The notes beneath the pieces are model-generated. The model saw nothing but the letters and a program-made list of their open reading frames with translations. It had not been told where the DNA came from and searched no databases. DNA of 64,000 bases from Octopus sinensis. Lineage: Eukaryota. Positions 55,048 through 64,000 of the stretch are shown in pieces (the stretch's first letter is position 1; the number at the start of each line of letters is the position of its first letter). Location of the stretch: assembly GCF_006345805.1 (NCBI RefSeq), contig NC_043010.1:33232001-33296000 (forward strand), in the 5' to 3' direction. The translations under genes and the position numbers were made by a program.

Positions 55048-55444
55048 CTAGCAGTATCGCCCGGCGTTGCTCGGATTTGTAAGGGAAATAACTATAAAAG
55101 CATTTTTAGAGAGTTATAGCCAAAAAATAGCAAAACAATGCATTAAAAATGGAAAAAAAATTAAGGTAAATTTTTTTTTTAAATCGTTGACACATCGTAG
55201 ATATTTTTAGAGAGTTACTTCCCTTATATAATAGCGAAAAATGCATTAAAATGGAAAAATATGATGGTAAATTTTTTTTAAATCGTAGACTCATCGTAGA
55301 CGCGCGCTAATACCCAGTAGGGCTCGATATGACTCACGACTATAAGATACCCGGTTTTGGTTACACTGCACCGCAAAATGTGGGAGTAGTTAGGAATCTA
55401 AATCGTAGGAGACAGACACACAACTTCAGTTTTATATATAAAGA
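55048..55444 (-). mobile_element. Short (~400 bp) Helitron with its own intact 5' TC end
   Basis: Minus strand A|TCTTTATATATAAAACTGAAGTTGTGTGTCTG...CTAG|T. Confidence 0.8.
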
Positions 55445-55554
55445 TATAAGCCACGTAGTTGTATACACATACTTTGTTATATACACATTCTTAAAAGAAA
55501 ATGTTATTTTGAACACAACATTTATAAAGAATAAAATATTTTTTGGTTTTTCTA

Positions 55555-56270
55555 AACCCTTTCGTTACTATATTTCTGACCAAATTCACCCCTTATGTGT
55601 TTCAATTATTTTCTAACGTAATCATAAATTTAGTCTGGTTTCATTAAACAACAATAACTTTTTTATTTATCAATATATTAATCTGGTTTTTGGAAGATAA
55701 TTTAATGGAATGTTCTCAACCAATTCTATACTATAATTTTTGTCACAAATTGACTCTAATTGCAGGTAGATACAGGTAAATTCAACAATATATAAAATTA
55801 TTAAAATTTTGTTCAAACATCGCTATAGAAAATGGGTTATTAGCTAATATTCAGTTGGGTATACCAGAAAATTTTACGATAGAATTTGTTATTCTGGGCA
55901 ACTTTCTGATACCCATAATAATATTTATGGCAAAATAGGCCTTAATTTCATTTAAGGTTGTGGGAAACCACAAACTATCGTTTCTTTCGTTTTGTTTACA
56001 TTTTAGCGTAACAGTTCGTTTCTGCCGTAATGATTTCAAATAGGCTGATTCGAAAAAGTAAAAAGAAATAGTCTAAGGCTTTACTCTCCTGGGAAAGTAT
56101 GTGGCTTGGTCCAGTTTCTTCGAAAGAATCACCGAAAGAAACAGTTTTTAAATTTTCACTCCATTCAGGTGCCAATTCATTTTCTTTATCGCTGTCGGAT
56201 TCACTGTTTTCACTTTAATCGTTGCAAAGAGAAAGGAGAAATTAGAGTGATAGCGTCAGTGAAACAGTTC
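55555..56270 (-). mobile_element. piggyBac-like fragment
   Basis: WFPTTLNEIKAYFAINIIMGIRKLP matches the piggyBac transposase W.PT...E..A......MG...LP segment; ACCCTTTCGTTAC near 55556 resembles a piggyBac terminus. Confidence 0.65.
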
Positions 56271-56523
56271 GCTCCGTTTGTGTGTGTGTGCGTATGCGTG
56301 TGCTGTAGCCCAAACTAAGAAAAGCATTTGACATACACACCACAATGTGAGTTTTCTCTAAATTTTGCTTAATTGGGGTTGAAATTTTAAAAACTGGATC
56401 TGGCACGACCCGATGCATTCTACTCTTAAAAATGCTAGGTAAATTGTAATTGAAGAAATCCTATATTGTAGATTTCTATAAGATACAAAGGGAGGCAGAT
56501 AAAATCTGCCTTTTATAATAAGA

Positions 56524-58154
56524 CTAGCAGAATTGCCCGGCGTTGCTCGGAGCTGAATTGCTTGAAAGTACTGTTAATGATTGCACTGAATTATGATGAT
56601 TATTCAGGCAAATATTGATATAAGTTTACGGACTTAACGATCAAACGTGTGCCATTGCATTGTTTTGGGGGAACCAAATTTCTGATGAGCATTAGAGGGG
56701 CACCAACTTTAAGTTTGAGAAAGTGTGGTGGTAGTCCGGGGTGCTCAAAGGAATTGAGTACCTCTATTGGATAGTTGATGACGTCCTCTGGGTCAGGAGT
56801 TGTATTGATAGACTGATATACATAGACATCCCCAGGAATGAGTGTTAGCATTTCATCATTAATATGGTGAACAGTTTTATTCCTCGGGGCCAGTATAGCC
56901 TTTTTGCCAATCCAATCCATATTCTGATAATTAGCTTGTAGATCTGGGAACACTGCATCTGTGAGATCAGAAGGCGTCTTAAAAATGGTACAAATAGAAT
57001 CGATGGCAATATTACCATTTTCATCCCCTGGTATTTTGCCTTCGCCAAGTGCAAGGAGGGTGTGAGGAAATGCTGCTGATGTGAAATTACGTCGCATATG
57101 AGCACGCATATTGGTGTGAAGTTTGAGAGTTACTTCCCTTTATTAAAAAAAATATGCATTAAAATGGGAAAAAATGAGGGTAAATTATTTGTAAAATCAC
57201 AGACTCATCGTAGACGCGCGCTAATACCCAGAAGGGCTCGATATGAATCACGACTATAAGATACCCGGTTTTGGTTAAACTGCACCGCAAAATGTGGGAG
57301 TAGTTAGGAATCTAAATCGTAGGAGACAGACACACAACCTTTCTTTTATATATAAATATTTTCGTCCTAAAAGACTTTGTATGGATTGAATGGTTACCTC
57401 TATGGAAATATATACACGCACATTATACATACATGTGTGTATAGATGAATATATAAATACATTTAAATATCTATATACACTTTTGGGCGATCTTTCTGTT
57501 TCTTAGAGATAACTTTATCCCGTCCGATTCGCTCCAAAATTTACAGGGACATGTAGAATGAGGTGACGATGCTCGTGGGCTACCTTAGAAATCCCTATCT
57601 TAAAAGGTGTGGTTGCTAGGGGCCATCTTCCTCACTCACCCTATTTCCTCCAGTACCCTGTCACTCCTCTTCATTTGACAGGCCACTACGGTTATTTAAT
57701 GTAATGTCTTCCTCAAATCACTCTCTCGCTATTTACTCCTCTCTTCCAAGAACATTTTCACTCACTCTTATCTCTTAGCTTCCCATACATTTTACTCATG
57801 TATCTATCAGCGTCATAGACAGAAACAAATATTACATCGCCATCGCCATCGCATTCTATTGTCTACCTGTCAACACACACACAGTGAATTACTTTCACTT
57901 TATTCGTTGCACACTGTGTGTGTGCGTGTGCGTGTGCTGTATCCCACACTAAGAAAAGCATTTGACTCATACACCACAATGTGAGTTTTCTCTAAATTTT
58001 GCTTAATTGGGGTTGAAATTTTAAAAACTGGACCTGGCAAGACCCGATGCATTCTACTCTTAAAAATGCTAGGTAAATTGTAATTGAAGAAATCCTATAT
58101 TGTAGATTTCTATAAGAGACAAAGGGAGGCAGATAAAATCTGCCTTTTATAATA
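56524..58154 (-). mobile_element. Helitron derivative carrying a PIF1-type helicase fragment
   Basis: 3' hairpin CCGAGCAACGCCGGG plus CTAG; 57130-58154 matches the array Helitron; extreme 5' TCTCT missing. Confidence 0.88.
56600..57127 (-). pseudogene. Helitron RepHel helicase fragment (PIF1 family, C-terminal part)
   Basis: L.TNMR, AILAPRN, GLPPH.L.LKVGAP.MLIRNL, CNGTRL motifs; no Rep domain or Walker A. Confidence 0.92.
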
Positions 58155-58441
58155 CTTGGTACTAAAAAATAACAATTCAATCTTACAAAGTTCAAAACCT
58201 TTGCGGTTTCATTTATTATTTATATCCCATACACGTGTAAATAATGAAATTATGCTTGGCATTATTCAGACTTTTGGCGGACTTTTCCAAAACTCAGTCG
58301 GACTTTACTGCCACTTAAACACCGGTAGATTTCCGAAACAACGGAGATCAACAGGCGAGTGAAGTGGTGTCGAGATTCCATTTGTTTTCTAGTCTGTCAA
58401 ATTTTCTTATACTGATGGTAAAAGACCAGATGGTATGATTT

Positions 58442-59239
58442 TCTTCACCCGTTAGCCAAAAAAAAAAACCACCTGCTGGGTGTTAACAACTGTGTAGAAA
58501 ACGAATATGAGAAAAAAAATTTGTGCAAACGAACCGGCGGGTGGGGACAGGACTTTCGGAAAATTCACAAGATCCGATTTTTCGTCAACTTTTTGGAAAA
58601 TGTATATATATTGATTTTTTTTTTTACTCGATCCATTCCCATGTTTTTGGTTATGGAGGATCCGATTCTGAAAATTTTTTTTTTCAAAACTTCAATTCAG
58701 ACAAAACAACCGTTAATTTTCACTGGGGAACTTTGGGTCGCAGTTTTTCATAAAAATTTGAATTTGTGTTTATTTTTTCCATATTCTTCATCTCCGTACT
58801 TTCCCACATAGATTGATTGAAAAAAAACTTTAATTTCATATTACTGCGGGAAATTAATCTGAAAGAAATCTTTACAGAAAGGCGAGTGGATCGATTATAT
58901 ATTTCTTTCATTATGTTACCGAAGTTTTGTGAGATTTGGCTCTTATTTCTAGCATGTGGATAACCTGCTTGAAGGCCAAGGCCGGAGAATAGAGATTTTG
59001 AAAATGCGATTTTTGAAATTTTCTTTGCAGAATCGGATCCTCCATAACCAAAAATAAAACCGTAAAAAAAAAATCGAAATATATATCTATTTTCCCGAAA
59101 GTTATGATGGAAAAATCGGATCTTGTGAATTTTCCGAGAGTGCTCACTCCCACACCCCCGATCATTTGCACAATTTTTTTATCATATTCGTTTTCTACAC
59201 AGTTGGGTTTTTGGGGTTTTTTTTGTTAACGGGTGAAGA
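58442..59239. mobile_element. Foldback/MITE with long diverged TIRs (~250 bp)
   Basis: TCTTCACCCGTTA...TAACGGGTGAAGA; internal inverted matches CAACTGTGTAGAAAACGAATATGA, TCGGAAAATTCACAAGATCCGATTTTTC and TTTTTGGTTATGGAGGATCCGATTCTG. Confidence 0.85.
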
Positions 59240-59889
59240 TCTTTATATTAACACTTTTATGTGTCCTTACACTGATGGACACCTTCTACTCTCCAATATA
59301 GTACTATGTAAGATTCTTTTGTTACATGCCTGGTCCTTTTACTGTTCTTGCCGGTTGGTTTTCTTACTGTTGTCGACAGAACAAATTTCATAATATTCAG
59401 TGTTACCTACCAACTATATTTTGCAACTATTGTTATTGAAACCACTGGTATTTGTGAGCAAATAACAAAAAGGGAAAAAATAATAAATCCTGGAAACCCT
59501 TATTCTAATTACAAAGCACATGGCTCTGTGAAAACCCTTTACCAAATTATATTGTTGCAGACAATTCTGTTACAGTCTCGTCTCCGCTATTGTCTTTTGA
59601 AATGAACTGCCCCTTTTGTTAAAAAAAAAATTACTATGCACGTATATTTTATGCCAACTGTTCATATATGACAATGGAATTATTTTAAACATTTAGGCTG
59701 CAGTGACGAGTGGTTATTTACCTAAATTTAGGGATAAGTTAGTTAAAAGTTAGCTCTACAACCACGTGGGCTCGGAGTTTATACATAAAACCTTAAATTT
59801 TCAAAAATGTTTCAGCCCGAAAGGTGCAGCCATGCTGGAGCACTAGCGTTGAATGTACTACACTAGTATGTGAAACCACCTCTGATACG

Positions 59890-60880
59890 TGGCACTTGCT
59901 CAACAAGGGAGCTCAACCCTCCTGCTGAGAGGTAGGTTCATCTGGAACCCCTGACAAGAAGAGATCGAGTTTAGTTTTAAAGAAACCCACATCCACACCA
60001 TGCAGGTCTCTGAGGCATTTAGGAAAAATATTGAAGAGCTGTGGTCCCCTGAAACCCAAGCTGTTGCAGTATCTGGTCCTGTATTTTGATGGTGATGTTG
60101 GGATTTTTTTTTTAGCCCCATGAAGTGGCGCCCTGTTCTGCTGTTGGGGTAACTTTCAATGACAAAATTCGGGACAAGGCCCTCCAGGATTTTCCAGATG
60201 TATATCACTGAATATCGCTCCTGCCTTCGCTCCAGGGAGAAGAGTTTTAATATTTTCATGTCAGGGCCCAGGTCATGCACTGATTTTGACTCAGGAATTG
60301 CAGTTCTTCCTGGGCCAGTGTATCCAGTTTGCATGTTGTTCAGCTTTGTGTGCTGGTAGCGCAGGGCTTGGAACTTTCCTGCATTAAACTGCATGTTGTT
60401 GTCCTCAGCCAACCTGTATATTGTATCCAACTCCTGTTGCAGATGTGCAATATTTCCAGGGTTTTGTATTGTCTGAGAGAGTTTTGTGTCATCTGCATAG
60501 CTAGCAAGGGTGGCCATCTTAGCAACTGAGGGCATGTCTGAAAGGGCCACTATGAACAGCAGTGGCCCCAAGACAGTGCCCTGTGGAACACCACTTGTTA
60601 TTTGTGTTTCCTTGGAGGTGGCTCCATTGGCCATCACTGCCTGCCTTCTAGCTTTTAGGAAGTTGTACAGCCATTCTCCAAGTTTTCTGCCTATGCCAAG
60701 ATCATGCAGTTTGTGACAGATCATGCCATGGTTGACTTTATCAGAGGCTTTTGCAAAGTCAAGATATATCACATTCACACTCGAGTCATTTAGTAGCTGT
60801 TTTAACACTAAGTCATAGTGTTGCAGGAGCTGTGTTAGACAGCTTCTACCTGGTCAAAATCCATAGTGGGTGTCAGTCAG
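59890..60880 (-). mobile_element. CR1/L2-group LINE RT fragment with internal deletion
   Basis: YLDFAKA.DKV, SGVPQGTVLGPLLF, YADDTK, FN..K, SLERR.ER motifs. Confidence 0.9.
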
Positions 60881-60946
60881 CAAGTCATTTTCTTCAAGGA
60901 ACATGCATATATGTATATGCATATATATACATATACATGTATATAC

Positions 60947-61610
<664 letters not shown>

Positions 61611-61713
61611 ATATATATATACACATATATATATGTATATATATATATATATATATAATATATATAATATATATATATATATATGTGTATATATATTATG
61701 TGTATATATATAT

Positions 61714-62206
61714 GTGTGTAGATACGTATACATGTGTGTATAGGTATAAGTGAGAATCTCCTTATTTACCTATAACTCTATCCCCCCTTTTTTTATATAT
61801 ATATTTTTTTATATATATATTTTTTTATATATATTTTTTATTTTTTTATTTTTTTATTTATTTATTTTTTTATTTATTTATTTTTTTTATTTTTTTTAAT
61901 TTTTATTTTTTTATTTTTTTATTTATCTATTCTTTCATCTAACTTACCACTGACTCCTTGACCACTCCCCCAAGTATGATATTTTGCGCTATGCCTACCC
62001 CCAAAAAAGTCCCCCACCACCACTCCTTTAAACCTGCCTAAATGTATAAATGCTAATACAATTCTTGTTAAATAGCTTCCTGAAGATTTCTCTTGAATGA
62101 AACAGTACTAGTCCTGTAGAAGCTCCTTCTATATAATAAATTAATTTACTCTGCTATGTATTGAGTACCTTACTTACTGTGGTTAACCCCGAATCAATCC
62201 GGGACC

Positions 62207-62209
<3 letters not shown>
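61714..62209 (+). mobile_element. Penelope-like pLTR / retrozyme-like repeat, direct copy
   Basis: Non-coding ~500-bp unit between (TA)n runs; TATAAA upstream and AATAAA downstream of a hammerhead fold; repeated at about 63425-63918. Confidence 0.75.
62074..62124 (+). ncRNA. Type I hammerhead ribozyme motif (copy 2)
   Basis: AGCTTC-CTGAAGA-(T TTC TCTT GAA T)-GAAA-CAG TACTAGTC CTG-TA-GAAGCT; predicted cut after GUA at 62118. Confidence 0.72.
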
Positions 62210-62237
<28 letters not shown>

Positions 62238-63314
62238 CATCATCATCATCATCATCATCATCATTGTTTAGCGTCCGCTTTCCATGCTAGCATGGGTTGG
62301 ATGGTTTAACTGGGGTCTGGGATGCTAGAAGGCTGCACCAGGCCCAGTTTGATCTGGCAATGTTTCTACGGCTGGATGCCCTTCCTAACGCCAACCACTC
62401 CATGAGTGTAGTGTGTGCTTTTTACGTGCCAGATGAGTCTGGCAAACGGCCACGATCGGATGGTACTTTTTATGTGCCACCGGCACGGGGGCCAGGCGAG
62501 GCTGGCAACGGCCATGAACGGATGGTGCTTTTTACGTGCCACCAGCAAGTGGCCAGTCGGGGCGGCGCTGGCAACAGCCACGAAACGGATGGTGCTTTTT
62601 ACGTGCCACCGGCACGAGGCCAGTCGGAGCGGCGCTGGCAACGGCCACGTTCTGATGGTTCTCTTACGTTGCACCGGCACTGGTAACTCAGCTGCAATTT
62701 CCTTTGATCGATTTCGATTCTGATTCTCACTTGCCTCAACAGGTCTTCACGAGTAGAGTTTTGTGTCCCAAGAAGGGAAGGTATGCATAAGTGGGCTGAC
62801 TACATCCCATGTAGAAGGCCACGGGTTATGGTCTCACTTGTCCTGCCGGGTCTTCTCACGCACAGCATACTTCCAGAGGTCTTGGTCTCTAGTCATTTCC
62901 TCAGTGAGACCTAAAGTTCGAAGGTCGTGCTTCACCACCTCGTCCCAGGTTTTCCTGGGTCTGCCTCTTCCACAGGTCCCCTCAACCGCTAGGGTGTGGC
63001 ACTTTTTCACACAACTATCTTCATCCATTCTCGCCACATGTCCATACCAGCGCAAACGTCTCTCTTGCACACCACATCTAATGCTTCTTAGGTCCAACTT
63101 TTCTCTCAAGGTACTTACACTCCGTCGGGTATGAACACTGACATTACACATCTATTGGAGCATACTGGCTTCATTTCTTGCGAGCTTACGCATATCCTCA
63201 GCAGTCACGGCCCATGTTTCACTGCCATGTAGCATGGCTGTTCATACACACGCGTCATACAGTCTGCCTTTTACTCTATACGAGAGGCCTTTTGTCACCA
63301 GCAGAGGCAAGAGC
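62238..63314 (-). mobile_element. 5'-truncated RTE LINE, same family as 23555-27414
   Basis: MCNVSVHTRRSVSTLREKLDLRSIRCGVQERRLRWYGHV...GRPRKTW, ~60-bp UTR repeats, (GAT)n tail. Confidence 0.93.
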
Positions 63315-63359
63315 GCTGCTGGTGACAATATATATATATATATATTATATACATATATA

Positions 63360-63399
<40 letters not shown>

Positions 63400-63782
63400 A
63401 TATATATTATGTGTATATATATATGTGTGTAGATACGTATACATGTGTGTATAGGTATAAGTGAGAATCTCCTTATTTACCTATAACTCTATCCCCCCTT
63501 TTTTTATATATATATTTTTTTATATATATATTTTTTTATATATATTTTTTATTTTTTTATTTTTTTATTTTTTATTTTTTATTTTATTTATTTTTTTATT
63601 TTTTTTAATTTTTATTTTTTTATTTTTTTATTTATCTATTCTTTCATCTAACTTACCACTGACTCCTTGACCACTCCCCCAAGTATGATATTTTGCGCTA
63701 TGCCTACCCCCAAAAAAGTCCCCCACCACCACTCCTTTAAACCTGCCTAAATGTATAAATGCTAATACAATTCTTGTTAAAT

Positions 63783-63833
63783 AGCTTCCTGAAGATTTCT
63801 CTTGAATGAAACAGTACTAGTCCTGTAGAAGCT
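63783..63833 (+). ncRNA. Type I hammerhead ribozyme motif (copy 3)
   Basis: Identical to 62074-62124, 1709 bp downstream. Confidence 0.72.
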
Positions 63834-64000
63834 CCTTCTATATAATAAATTAATTTACTCTGCTATGTATTGAGTACCTTACTTACTGTGGTTAACCCCG
63901 AATCAATCCGGGACCTACATATATATATATATATATATATATATCATCATCATCATCATCATCATCATCATTGTTTAGCGTCCGCTTTCCATGCTAGCAT

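Larger units (their letters stand above)
42619..55444 (-). repeat. Tandem array of ~1.94-kb units (Helitron ~1.19 kb + ~0.75-kb spacer), seven spacer copies
   Basis: Anchor TAAGAGA|TCCCTTGG at 42684, 44623, 46560, 48499, 50434, 52358, 54300; CTAG termini start at 43432, 45371, 47308, 49245, 51180 (CTAAG variant), 53108, 55048. Confidence 0.96.

Noticed and set aside
42567-55616. Recurrent short ORFs (MQLNIVKSY..., MVNVLRSL..., MTHDYKIPG...) as a tandem gene family
   Set aside because: They cross Helitron/spacer junctions, use non-ATG starts in several cases, and frameshift freely between units.
56600-57109. Host PIF1 helicase gene
   Set aside because: Intronless partial domain inside Helitron termini.

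Overview
AT-rich, repeat-dense animal genomic DNA. The SINE families, RTE tails ending in (GAT)n and microsatellite load suggest a coleoid cephalopod (Octopus-like); this is an inference. Two spliced host genes on + are missed by the ORF track: five internal exons of RNase H1 (16056-21390) and the last three exons of mitochondrial ribosomal protein L9 (28121-30534). A 100-N gap lies between them, and the end of the first gene and start of the second are not visible. Mobile DNA dominates: a near full-length RTE LINE, Tc1/mariner elements, R4-, Tx1- and CR1-like LINE fragments, and a complete CsRN1-clade Gypsy element (432-bp LTRs, tRNA-Trp PBS, GGGAAAC frameshift site, GCTT TSD) nested in a close relative. 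There is also a ~13-kb array of seven ~1.94-kb units built from a non-autonomous Helitron plus an LTR-like spacer, and modular Helitrons including a head-to-tail CTAG|TC junction. Near the end, a non-coding Penelope-like repeat carries a type I hammerhead ribozyme fold in three copies (one inverted, two direct 1709 bp apart). All calls were made by eye; no searches were run.
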